A stretch of DNA of 43,446 nt from an uncultured Thermoplasmatales archaeon (GCA_964517155.1 CAZFAZ010000055.1:1-43446), one strand, 5' to 3'. Positions 29,553 to 38,614 are shown, numbered from the stretch's first letter. Notes: generated by a model not told the origin, from the letters alone. Numbers and translations: made by a program.

Positions 29553-30308
29553 TTATTTGTGTCTACGCTCAATCATACCCATTAACAGTATACATGCTAA
29601 TAATACACGTCTATCAAAATTTGAAGGCACCATTTGACAATTCATAGTCCAGATATCGCCAATAATCTTAAACTCCTGGTTAATATTTGCAAGTATTTGG
29701 CCATTCATCTCTAAATGCATTTGTTCAGGTACCAGAGCACCACCTGGCATAAATTTTCGTGCAAGTGCTCTACCTGTTGATGATTCTATCACCTGACCCA
29801 CAAGTTGATCAGATGCAGTATATATCTCCCAAGTATCTTTCACAAAAGCAGAAATAATATTTCGTTTAACATATCCAAGTTTGGTATTAGTAGAAGAGTC
29901 AATAACAGCAAATTTACCCCATGCGTCCATTATCTGTTCTTGTTTGATAGAAAATAACTCTTGGCCCTCATTTTCATCTGTGTAAATTCTTATATCTTCT
30001 TTTAATTTGAAAAGCTTCTGTTTACAAAAACCGAGAATCGCTCCGCTTTGATCTTCAAGCCAGTATTTGTTGCCAACTGTAAGTGTTTTTTTTCTTATTC
30101 GATAATAATTTTGATACCAGAGACTAGAAGCACCATATTGTTGAGTTTGTGTAGTCGTATTTATACTTGGTTGAGTAGATGATTGTGTTACAGGCTGTGG
30201 TGTAAAAATGGGTTGCATAGTTTGTTGTTCAACGTTTGCACCACATCTAGGACAAAATTTTCCACCAATTAATAGTTGAGTACCACATTTAGGACAATAT
30301 TGTGACAT
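29553..30308 (-). CDS. Zinc-ribbon + Q/T/P-rich linker + LURP-one/Tubby_C (scramblase-like) protein
   Basis: YCPKCG..FCPRCG; KQKLFKLKEDI..DAWGKF..LGYVKR repeat pattern. Confidence 0.8.
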   Translation of the reverse strand: MSQYCPKCGTQLLIGGKFCPRCGANVEQQTMQPIFTPQPVTQSSTQPSINTTTQTQQYGASSLWYQNYYRIRKKTLTVGNKYWLEDQSGAILGFCKQKLFKLKEDIRIYTDENEGQELFSIKQEQIMDAWGKFAVIDSSTNTKLGYVKRNIISAFVKDTWEIYTASDQLVGQVIESSTGRALARKFMPGGALVPEQMHLEMNGQILANINQEFKIIGDIWTMNCQMVPSNFDRRVLLACILLMGMIERRHK

Positions 30309-30439
30309 ATTTTTTACTCCTTATAATTTAACAAATATGCATTTGTTATACTATATAACTATTTTTTTATTTAAATAACCATGATTTTGATTAGATAATC
30401 GATATCTTAATACAGGGTAAAATTATTCCAGGCACTAAC

Positions 30440-31957
30440 ATGAACTTAGAGAAAACAATGAAAGAACTTTCAACAAATGAAAAAAAAGTTCTTTTAACAC
30501 TTAATAAATTAAAAGGTAGTGCATCACCAGATGAAATACTAAAAAACGGTGATTTTGCAAAAGAAGTAGAAATAATGAATGCTGCATCTTGGCTTCAATC
30601 AAAAAGATTAGTAGAAATAAAAGATGATATAAAAACAGTTTATTCGCTTGGCAAAGAAGGAAAACAATATCTTGAGCAAGGTCTTCCTGAAAAAAGAGCG
30701 TTAAAACTTATTTTTGATAAAGGTGGTAAAGCTTCTTTAAGAGATTTATCTAAAATTTTAAACGGAAGTGAGATACCTGTTGCAATAGGCTGGCTTAAAA
30801 AAAATGGCTGGGCCGATATTTCAAAAGAAAAAGATACCTATTTAATTATTACAGATGAAGGTAAAAAAACTTTAAAAGTTGAAACCCATGAGGAGAAAAC
30901 ATTAAAATTTTTAAATGAAAAACCAAACAGCGAAATAGATAAAAACAAGATTGTATCTCTGTTGTCACGTAAAAATATAATTAAAGAAAAAGAAGTGATT
31001 ACTTGCACAATTATTTTAAATGAAAATGGTAAAAAAATAATTGATAAAGGTCTTGAACTCAAAGATGAGATTTCTCAGATAAACTCTGAAATAATTAAGA
31101 GTGGTTCATGGAAAAATAAAGATATACGGCCTTATGATATCAATGCATTTGCACCAGCAGTATATGGTGGTAAATCTCATCCACTTGTTCATCTTATTTC
31201 AGAGATAAGACAAATTTTCTTGGAGATGGGATTTGAAGAGATACAAGGAGATTATGTTGAAACCTGTTTTTGGAATATGGATATGCTTTTTATCCCTCAA
31301 GATCACCCTGCTCGTGAGATGCAAGATACACTTTATTGTAAAAAACCTTCTAAAATAAAGATTAAAGATGGAAAACTTGTACAGGAAATAGCAGATGTTC
31401 ATGAGAATGGTGGAAACACGGGTTCTACTGGTTGGGGGTATAAATTTTCAAAAGAAGAAGGAGAGCGTGTTCTTCTAAGGACTCATACTACTGTAAATAC
31501 AATTCGTTATCTTTATGAGCATCCAAAACCACCGTGTAAGGTTTTTTCACTGGGTCGTGTTTTTAGAAAAGAAAACATTGATTCAACACATCTACCTGAG
31601 TTTTATCAGATTGAAGGAATCATTCATGAAAAGGGTGCTAATTTTAAGCAGCTTATAGGCGTACTTAAAGAGTTTTATCGTCGCATGGGTTTTGAAAAGA
31701 TTCGTTGCAGACCAGGTTATTTTCCTTATACTGAGCCTAGTATGGAAGTAGATGTATTTTATAATAATAAATGGATGGAGCTTGGCGGTAGCGGTATTTT
31801 TAGACCAGAGGTTACGTGTCCTATTGGTATAAAAGAGCCTGTTCTTGCATGGGGTTTAGGCCTTGAGCGTCTTGCTATGCTTAAATTTGGTTTAAAGGAT
31901 ATTCGCGAGCTTTATGTTAGTGATTTAGGTTGGCTGCGTAAAAAACCTTTGATTTAG
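30440..31957 (+). CDS. pheS: Phenylalanyl-tRNA synthetase alpha subunit (archaeal type)
   Basis: QDHPAREMQDT, LRTHTT, FRKE..THLPEF, YFPYTEPS, AWGLGLERLAM. Confidence 0.97.
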   Translation: MNLEKTMKELSTNEKKVLLTLNKLKGSASPDEILKNGDFAKEVEIMNAASWLQSKRLVEIKDDIKTVYSLGKEGKQYLEQGLPEKRALKLIFDKGGKASLRDLSKILNGSEIPVAIGWLKKNGWADISKEKDTYLIITDEGKKTLKVETHEEKTLKFLNEKPNSEIDKNKIVSLLSRKNIIKEKEVITCTIILNENGKKIIDKGLELKDEISQINSEIIKSGSWKNKDIRPYDINAFAPAVYGGKSHPLVHLISEIRQIFLEMGFEEIQGDYVETCFWNMDMLFIPQDHPAREMQDTLYCKKPSKIKIKDGKLVQEIADVHENGGNTGSTGWGYKFSKEEGERVLLRTHTTVNTIRYLYEHPKPPCKVFSLGRVFRKENIDSTHLPEFYQIEGIIHEKGANFKQLIGVLKEFYRRMGFEKIRCRPGYFPYTEPSMEVDVFYNNKWMELGGSGIFRPEVTCPIGIKEPVLAWGLGLERLAMLKFGLKDIRELYVSDLGWLRKKPLI

Positions 31958-31972
31958 TTTGTTATTTTTATT
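31917..31972 (+). repeat. Direct repeat copy 1 (pheS 3' end; att-like)
   Basis: 56 bp identical to 34176-34231; 68/70 identity over 31911-31980 vs 34170-34239. Confidence 0.97.
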
Positions 31973-32083
31973 TTAAAAAATCATCATTTTTTTTGTTTTC
32001 CAACGACTTATTATGATAATAATTTTTTGGTTTATCGAATTTTTTACAAAGTTTATCTATATTTTTAGATTTTTTTTATTGAG

Positions 32084-33358
32084 TTATAGTTTTATTAAGT
32101 TGATTCCTGCAACAACTAATCCTAATATAGTTAAAAAAATAATTAAGCGATTTATTCTTTGGTTATATTTGATTAGAATTTCGCCTTCAAATAATTCTAA
32201 TTTAGCTTTAGCTTCTTTTATATCATTTATAATCAACATTCTTTCGTTAATCAACCAAGACATCTCTCTTATTTCTTTAATATCAATATATGATAGTTTG
32301 TTTAATGTCTCAATAATTTTATCTCTTTCTTTTAAGAAATTACTTATTTTTATTTTTTTTATATTTGCTTTAGCTTCTAAAAGTTCATTTAATAAAAATC
32401 TTTCAACTGATGCATTTTCTAATATTAACAAAGGCCCGTGGTTAAGACCTGCAATTTCTGGTGAAAATGTAAAATAATCTTCAACTTTTTTCCCATAAGA
32501 TTTTGTTAAACTATTGCACGATTCTAAATACTTTTTATATCTTTCAGAGTCTTTAAAGTTCAATAGCAATACGCAATGATGGAATGATAAGACCAAAAGA
32601 AAATCTCTAGTGGTCCAATTTATTGATAATATTTCTTCTGCTCTTTTTTTAGGTACAAATCTCCATCCTTCATCTCCAGTTAATAACCCATATAACTGCT
32701 TTGGAAATTTTTCAACAATATGTTTTGGATTAGTTGTTTTAAAATTGTTTGCTTGACCAATTTCAAATATGTTTGTATAAAGTGTTTTTTCAGGTTTTGT
32801 TTTAGATTTAAAGACTTTACTAAGGGATACAATATAATGATTTATAATCTCTTTTATAGTTAAATAACTAGATTTGTCTGAATTAACAGATTTATATAAA
32901 TCTGTTTTGATTTTTTCTCTTCCATCAAAATATTGTCTAACCAAAATCAAATCATCGGTGCTATAATTGTTTAATTTTACATTAAACATCAGAATCCCTA
33001 TACTCAACTCGCTATATACCGTCAAAAATACTTCTACAGTCAATGGTTTGCGCATAAAATCAATTTTTGATGAAGATTTTAGAGTTATCGTAAAATCCTC
33101 TAACTTTATTCTAAAACGTTTTTTGCATATTTCAGAAGGTAGAAGAAACTCTTCAGCTATTCTAAATTTTTCTGAAAATAGTTTATCCCAGTTAGCATTT
33201 AGCCCTTTTTCTTTTAATTTTTTTATAAAATCTTCTAGTGTTGTAGCATCGTTTATATCAAGAAAAAATGTACTTAGATACGCAAAATATGTATTATTAA
33301 ATTTTAAAAGATTTTTTTTCTGATCGGGCATTTTTTTTGTAAAACTTTTTTGTAACAT
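32084..33358 (-). CDS. Hypothetical membrane protein, CorA-like architecture (large soluble domain, coiled stalk, C-terminal TM)
   Basis: C-terminal NQRINRLIIFLTILGLVVAG; internal VFLTVYSELSIGILMFNV; GGCGAT SD. Confidence 0.7.
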   Translation of the reverse strand: MLQKSFTKKMPDQKKNLLKFNNTYFAYLSTFFLDINDATTLEDFIKKLKEKGLNANWDKLFSEKFRIAEEFLLPSEICKKRFRIKLEDFTITLKSSSKIDFMRKPLTVEVFLTVYSELSIGILMFNVKLNNYSTDDLILVRQYFDGREKIKTDLYKSVNSDKSSYLTIKEIINHYIVSLSKVFKSKTKPEKTLYTNIFEIGQANNFKTTNPKHIVEKFPKQLYGLLTGDEGWRFVPKKRAEEILSINWTTRDFLLVLSFHHCVLLLNFKDSERYKKYLESCNSLTKSYGKKVEDYFTFSPEIAGLNHGPLLILENASVERFLLNELLEAKANIKKIKISNFLKERDKIIETLNKLSYIDIKEIREMSWLINERMLIINDIKEAKAKLELFEGEILIKYNQRINRLIIFLTILGLVVAGINLIKL

Positions 33359-33368
33359 AAGATATCGC

Positions 33369-34094
33369 CTAAATATTTTTGGTTAGAGAGATAAACATAT
33401 CTCTATCGTTATGGAATTTTTCAAAGTATATTACTTTGAAATTTAAATTCTTTAAAAGAGTTATCAATTTCTCTTTATCAAAAAAATGAATCGGGAGTTT
33501 TTTTTTATTATAAACTAATGTGTTAAATTCTTCTTCTGTAATTTTTTCTTCAATAATTTTAGAATTTTTTATATATTGTTTTATAAAATAATCCTTATTT
33601 TTTGTTGAGTTGCATGTCGTAATAAAAAGTAAACCATTTTCATTTAAAACTTCATACATTTTTTCGAGAATTTTTAGTATATTGCCTGTATTAACATGTT
33701 GCAACACATGGTTACAGAGTATAACATCAAACTTTTGTTCTGAATCGATTGATTCTATTGATAAAGTTTTACAAGTTACTTTATCTGTAAGATTTAATCT
33801 ACTAACGAATTTCTTTGCGGCCAAAATCCGATTTTTATCAGGATCTATAAACAATATGTTATTAAAATATTTTTCAAACTCAGGCAATAGCCGACCATCT
33901 CCACAACCGGCATCTAAAAACCATGGGTTTTCTTTTTTGACGTACTCTTTGATTTGACTTTTCATCAAATGCATTATACGTTCTTCATCTTTTTGCCAGC
34001 ATCCTACGCACTCCCTTGCTTCTTTTTCTTCTATCATTTTTACAGTTATTTTATCGTTGTAATCTGGATAGATATAGTTTTTGTAATTTTCCAT
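33369..34094 (-). CDS. Class I SAM-dependent methyltransferase
   Basis: Motif I FLDAGCGDG, acidic FIDP, FDVILCNHVLQH, LNENGLLFI. Confidence 0.92.
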   Translation of the reverse strand: MENYKNYIYPDYNDKITVKMIEEKEARECVGCWQKDEERIMHLMKSQIKEYVKKENPWFLDAGCGDGRLLPEFEKYFNNILFIDPDKNRILAAKKFVSRLNLTDKVTCKTLSIESIDSEQKFDVILCNHVLQHVNTGNILKILEKMYEVLNENGLLFITTCNSTKNKDYFIKQYIKNSKIIEEKITEEEFNTLVYNKKKLPIHFFDKEKLITLLKNLNFKVIYFEKFHNDRDMFISLTKNI

Positions 34095-34175
34095 TTAATC
34101 TATTTGTTGAATGCTAATTTTTTTTATAAGTATTGCCTAAAAGCCAAGGCTTTAAAAAATTGTCATATTTTTATA

Positions 34176-34231
34176 TTAGTGATTTAGGTTGGCTGCGTAA
34201 AAAACCTTTGATTTAGTTTGTTATTTTTATT
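34176..34231 (+). repeat. Direct repeat copy 2 (duplicate of the pheS 3' end)
   Basis: TTAGTGATTTAGGTTGGCTGCGTAAAAAACCTTTGATTTAGTTTGTTATTTTTATT. Confidence 0.97.
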
Positions 34232-34244
34232 GTAAAAAAACATA

Positions 34245-34274
34245 GCAATATTTAAAGATAAGAATATTCTTATC
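34245..34274 (+). promoter_or_regulatory. TATA box + perfect 18-bp palindromic operator (putative ArsR site)
   Basis: GCAATATTTAAA followed by GATAAGAATATTCTTATC (34257-34274), 8 nt before the arsR ATG. Confidence 0.75.
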
Positions 34275-34282
34275 ATTTTTTA

Positions 34283-34540
34283 ATGAGTGAAGTTGATATC
34301 TTTAAGGCGCTTGCTGATCCTACTCGTTTGAAAATTCTTGAATGTGTTAGAGATGGTGAAAAATGTATTTGTGAAATCATTCCTTATACTGGTAAGTCTC
34401 AGCCTAATGTTTCTCAGCATTTGAAGGTTTTGAAAAATGCTAGAATTGTTGATGAGCGCAAGGATGGGACAAGGAATATGATAAAAATTTCAAATAAAGA
34501 AGTTTTTGATATTATTGACAGGGCTAAACAAATCCTTTAG
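34283..34540 (+). CDS. ArsR/SmtB family regulator, copy 1
   Basis: FKALADPTRLKIL, CICEI, SQPNVSQHLKVL. Confidence 0.94.
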   Translation: MSEVDIFKALADPTRLKILECVRDGEKCICEIIPYTGKSQPNVSQHLKVLKNARIVDERKDGTRNMIKISNKEVFDIIDRAKQIL

Positions 34541-34593
34541 CAGTATAACTATATGGCAATATTTAAATATTTGAATATACTTATACTTATCAG

Positions 34594-34854
34594 ATGAATA
34601 ATGTTGATGTCTTTAAAGCATTAGGTAATTCAACAAGATTAAAAATTCTTAATTCAGTAAAAAATAAACCTAAATGCATTTGTGAAATCATTCCAATATC
34701 TGGTAAGTCACAGCCTAATGTTTCACATCATATAAAAATTTTAAAAAACGCTGGCTTAATCTCTGAAAAAAGGGATAAAACAAATATTTTAATTGAATCT
34801 TCTAATAAAAAAATTTTTGACATAATTAAAATGGTAAGGAGTATGAAAAATTGA
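34594..34854 (+). CDS. ArsR/SmtB family regulator, copy 2
   Basis: FKALGNSTRLKIL, CICEI, SQPNVSHHIKIL. Confidence 0.92.
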   Translation: MNNVDVFKALGNSTRLKILNSVKNKPKCICEIIPISGKSQPNVSHHIKILKNAGLISEKRDKTNILIESSNKKIFDIIKMVRSMKN

Positions 34855-35963
34855 ACCCAATTGATATAATTATTGCAGGCTTTGAAATGCTTTTAGATTA
34901 TCTTTCTGCACATGTTCTTACATGCCTTATTCCAGCTTTTTTTATCGCAGGAGCAATTGCTGTTTTTGTTTCAAAACAAGGCGTTTTGAAATATTTTGGC
35001 GCTAATACTAAAAAATATATTTCATATTCTGTTGCATCTATTTCTGGTGCTATTCTTGCTGTTTGCAGCTGTACGGTTCTCCCTTTGTTTACTGGCATTT
35101 ATAAGCGTGGTGCCGGTATTGGTCCCGCGTCTGCTTTTCTTTTTTCAGGTCCTGCCATAAACGTTCTTGCAATAGTTCTCACTGCACAGGTCTTGGGTTA
35201 CAGCATTGGTCTTGCAAGAGCTGTATCTGCAGTTCTTATGGCAGTTGTTATCGGCCTTTTGATGGCATTTATTTTTAGAAAAGAAGAAAGAGAGAAAAAA
35301 AACGATAATAATATGTTTGCAACTCAAACAGGGGAAGAAGATAATAAACGCCCTATTTGGATTTCACTTTTGTTTTTTGTATCTCTTGTTTTAATTCTTG
35401 TTATTGGTGCAGCTAGTGCTGAATATATTCCTTGGGTCCCAAAACTTGCTATTGTTTATATTCTAACACTGATTGTTTCGGTTCTTCTCATCTTTTATTA
35501 TACCCGTGATGAAGTAAAAGAGTGGGGTAGGGAAACTTGGAGTTTGACGAAAAAAATATTTCCTATTCTTCTTGTTGGTGTTTTTATCGTAGGAATAATT
35601 GGTGGAATTGCAGCATATTTGCTTCCTGGTGCAGATCCGGCTAATGCTATTGGTGTTGCTGTTGCACCATATATCGGAGGCAACGATATTTTTTCATGTT
35701 TATTTGCATCAGTCATTGGTGCTATTCTGTATATGCCCACACTATTGGAAGTTGCTATAGTTGGTGATTTGTTTGGTTATAGTGCTGGTTTGATGGGTGG
35801 TGGACCTGCTCTAGCATTACTTCTCGCTGGTCCTTCTTTAAGTCTTCCCAATATGGTTGTTATTACAAAGGTTATGGGTAAGAAAAAAGCATTTGTGTAT
35901 TTTGCTTTGGTGATACTTGTTGCTACAATTGTTGGTTTTACATATGGTTTAATTTTTGGATAA
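34851..35963 (+). CDS. ArsP/DUF318 family permease
   Basis: HVLTCLIPAFFIAG, AVCSCTVLPLF, GPAINV, LLAGPSLSLP. Confidence 0.92.
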   Translation: MNPIDIIIAGFEMLLDYLSAHVLTCLIPAFFIAGAIAVFVSKQGVLKYFGANTKKYISYSVASISGAILAVCSCTVLPLFTGIYKRGAGIGPASAFLFSGPAINVLAIVLTAQVLGYSIGLARAVSAVLMAVVIGLLMAFIFRKEEREKKNDNNMFATQTGEEDNKRPIWISLLFFVSLVLILVIGAASAEYIPWVPKLAIVYILTLIVSVLLIFYYTRDEVKEWGRETWSLTKKIFPILLVGVFIVGIIGGIAAYLLPGADPANAIGVAVAPYIGGNDIFSCLFASVIGAILYMPTLLEVAIVGDLFGYSAGLMGGGPALALLLAGPSLSLPNMVVITKVMGKKKAFVYFALVILVATIVGFTYGLIFG

Positions 35964-35986
35964 TAACAAAGGATGTGATAAAAAAT

Positions 35987-36217
35987 ATGAAAATGGAAAT
36001 CTTAGGCACAGGTTGCCCAAAATGTAAGGCAACTGAAAAAATAGTCAGGCAGGTTGTTGACGAGCTTGGTAAAGATGTAGAAGTTGTAAAAATTGAGGAT
36101 TTGCAGGAGATTGTTAATCGCGGTGTTATAATGACACCCGCGGTTGTAGTTGACGGAGAAGTAAAAATCGTTGGTCATGTACCAAGTGCTGATGAAATTA
36201 AAAAATTGTTGAATTAA
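35987..36217 (+). CDS. Small redox-active disulfide protein (thioredoxin_3 / MTH895-like)
   Basis: ILGTGCPKC, GVIMTPAVVVDG. Confidence 0.93.
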   Translation: MKMEILGTGCPKCKATEKIVRQVVDELGKDVEVVKIEDLQEIVNRGVIMTPAVVVDGEVKIVGHVPSADEIKKLLN

Positions 36218-36232
36218 GGAGATGATGGATTT

Positions 36233-36553
36233 ATGAGAATAATTGAGGAATGGTTCCCAGAGTTTTCAAAAGAATTTGATAAAATAGATGAAATGTATAA
36301 AGAAAAACGGACGATCGATGAAAAAACCTATCAGTTCATATGTTTTTCAATGGCTATAAAAGGACGCAGCGCTCCTTGTGTTCGTAAGCATTTCAAAGGT
36401 GCTCTTGAAGCAGGTGCAACACTAAAGGAACTTGCTTATATTATGGCACTTGTATTTCGTGAAAGTGCAGGTAACGATGACTGCTGGGTGCATGATGTTC
36501 TTTCTGATTATAAAGATTTGATGAAGAATAATATTCAATGCTGTCCTAAATAG
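36233..36553 (+). CDS. Carboxymuconolactone decarboxylase / AhpD family protein
   Basis: IDEKT..CVRKH..ALEAGAT. Confidence 0.85.
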   Translation: MRIIEEWFPEFSKEFDKIDEMYKEKRTIDEKTYQFICFSMAIKGRSAPCVRKHFKGALEAGATLKELAYIMALVFRESAGNDDCWVHDVLSDYKDLMKNNIQCCPK

Positions 36554-36561
36554 TGATATAA

Positions 36562-36789
36562 ATGAAGAAACTGTGTATTGAATGGAAGCATCTTGATACA
36601 AACAAGAGTACTTGTATTAGATGTTCAAAAACCGGTAAGACGCTAAAACAAGTGGTTGCAGATTTAAAGAAAGAGCTAAACTCAAAAGAAATCAAAATAA
36701 ACTTCACCGAAACTAAATTATCTAAAATACAAATCCAAATTGCAATCGTATTTTTTTCAACTGGTTTTTTATACAGAGTAGTTTACTAA
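36562..36789 (+). pseudogene. DUF2703 family, frameshifted and truncated
   Basis: IEWKHL..TCIRCSKTG intact; the conserved NRIxxN motif (CNRIFFN) is out of frame from 36741; C-terminal half absent. Confidence 0.65.
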
Positions 36790-37880
36790 TGTAGCAACAA
36801 GGTATTAAAAATATTATCATACTCATTAATACGATTTTCCCAACGATGCACCATAAACTTCTGGCATAAAGCCTTTTGCGAAAATGGTTTTTTTTCAAGT
36901 ATGGCCGTCAAACGACTAAAAAGTTCATCATCAGTATTGTACAACATACTGGCATGATATTCTTTGGGAATAATTTCAGGATAAGAAAGACGGTTTGGAA
37001 GCAGTGGGAAACAACCGCACTGAACGGCCTCGACGATTGAAAGTCCAAAATTTTCCTGAATAGCTGTACTGACAACTATATCTCCTGAGGCAAGGAACGA
37101 AAAATAATCCTCTCGGGATTCAACATATCCGTAATGAAAAATGCGTTCAGAGAGTTGATTGATAAGAATTTTGTATTTCTTAGATAGGGTGGAAGGTGAT
37201 TGGCCTAACAGGATTACTTCAAAATCATATCCGGCATCCATGCATAGAGTAAGTGTCTTTAAAAAAAGGGTTGGCTGTTTATCGTATTCCCAGCGATGGT
37301 TCCAAATTATCCGTGGCACATTGTTTACCGAAGAGTGTTTAGAAAGGTTATCTGGAGTATCTGTTCCTGGGTAAATTGTTGCAGATCGTTCCTGTGCACG
37401 TTTTATCCAGTATTCAGATGACAGTGTTGTGCGGGGGATTTCTTTGATAAATGTCCTAAGTGCACTGTGATAGCTATTGCGATGGAAGTCAGAATTATAT
37501 ATCACAAGATCGGCTGTGACCGTATTCATGAAATCGATCCACTCGACCTGAAAATCCCTTTTCTGCTTAGTACTTCGGGGGTAAGTATGCTGATCTTCAT
37601 GAACATACAACATAATAGGTGGACAGGTTGGGCCTACAAGAGCCTTCAGCTCAGATACATTGCAGAGACTAGTCATAAAGATGAGGTCAAATTCTTTAAG
37701 ATTATCAGCATTCTGAATAATTTCTGCAGCACCCTTTTTCATCCGGCAGCGCCAGAATTTATCTGGCAGCGTAAAAAGCGTAATATTGTGACGAGAATGT
37801 TGTATCAAACCATCAATAAAAACTTGATGTGAACCACCATAAAATGTTTCAATAGCAGCAATTTTTAATATTTTATCCAT
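36786..37880 (-). CDS. GT-B glycosyltransferase, DUF3524/GTDC1 (tRNA-queuosine alpha-mannosyltransferase-like)
   Basis: ETFYGGSH, TLP..W..RM, IIWNHRWEYDK, STAIQENFG..EA..GCFPLLP.RLSYPE. Confidence 0.88.
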   Translation of the reverse strand: MDKILKIAAIETFYGGSHQVFIDGLIQHSRHNITLFTLPDKFWRCRMKKGAAEIIQNADNLKEFDLIFMTSLCNVSELKALVGPTCPPIMLYVHEDQHTYPRSTKQKRDFQVEWIDFMNTVTADLVIYNSDFHRNSYHSALRTFIKEIPRTTLSSEYWIKRAQERSATIYPGTDTPDNLSKHSSVNNVPRIIWNHRWEYDKQPTLFLKTLTLCMDAGYDFEVILLGQSPSTLSKKYKILINQLSERIFHYGYVESREDYFSFLASGDIVVSTAIQENFGLSIVEAVQCGCFPLLPNRLSYPEIIPKEYHASMLYNTDDELFSRLTAILEKKPFSQKALCQKFMVHRWENRINEYDNIFNTLLLH

Positions 37881-38130
37881 GAAAATTCCTTCATATTTTA
37901 TCGATTTTTAAGAACGCACCCTTAAAAATAATTTTTCATGTTTCAAGATTTGTCTTCAGTATGCCATATATGCCCTTTAATGATTTTAATCTTTGTAATA
38001 TAAAGTGGTTCATAAGAGAAAATAAATGGCTTATGCCGAAGTTATAATGTGTGATTAAACCATACAAAATAGATTTTTATTGTTTGAGTAAAATTAAATA
38101 AGAAGTTAGCATTAAGTTTTTTTGTTAAGA

Positions 38131-38514
38131 TTATGGGACAATTAATTTAACAATATCCATTTTTTTATTAGTATTAAAAAGCCTATGCATCTCTTTTATT
38201 CTATCGGCTTTGCCTTGTAAAACAAATATTTCAAGGCATTTTTCTTTTTCAAAATGGCTATGAATCTGTGTCTTTGTAATATCTTTAAAATCATGTTTAA
38301 TTTCTGAAACTGCATTTTCTGAATCATGATGATGTATAACAAGAAGTATGGAGTTTATTTCTCCAAATAGTTTTTTAGTATCTTTAGTTTCTGAGATTAG
38401 AAGTCTAACGCCTGCTCTTATAACTTCTGATCTACCTGAGTATCCATGTTCATTTTGTATTTTTTCAATGTCCTTTAGAATATGCTCATTTAATGATATG
38501 CTTATTATAGTCAT
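38131..38514 (-). CDS. NikR-family (CopG ribbon-helix-helix + metal-binding domain) regulator
   Basis: IISISL..GYSGRSEVIR; H..HSH..CLEIF ligands. Confidence 0.9.
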   Translation of the reverse strand: MTIISISLNEHILKDIEKIQNEHGYSGRSEVIRAGVRLLISETKDTKKLFGEINSILLVIHHHDSENAVSEIKHDFKDITKTQIHSHFEKEKCLEIFVLQGKADRIKEMHRLFNTNKKMDIVKLIVP

Positions 38515-38558
38515 AAAAACAAATAATTAATAATATATTTATATACTTGACCATAAAA

Positions 38559-38589
38559 GTTAATAATAAATTACATAAGTATTATTAAC
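38559..38589. promoter_or_regulatory. Inverted-repeat operator, 10-11-10
   Basis: GTTAATAATA-N11-TATTATTAAC between the divergent regulator and the ABC operon. Confidence 0.7.
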
Positions 38590-38614
38590 AATAACCGTGT
38601 GTGGGTAGAATTAT

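Larger units (their letters stand above)
31917..34231. mobile_element. Integrase-less genomic islet at the pheS 3' end (repeat offset 2259 bp)
   Basis: Flanking direct repeats; two-gene minus-strand cargo; visibly more AT-rich than pheS. Confidence 0.75.

Noticed and set aside
32084..33358. Canonical CorA Mg2+ transporter
   Set aside because: No GMN motif and only one TM helix; retained only as CorA-like.
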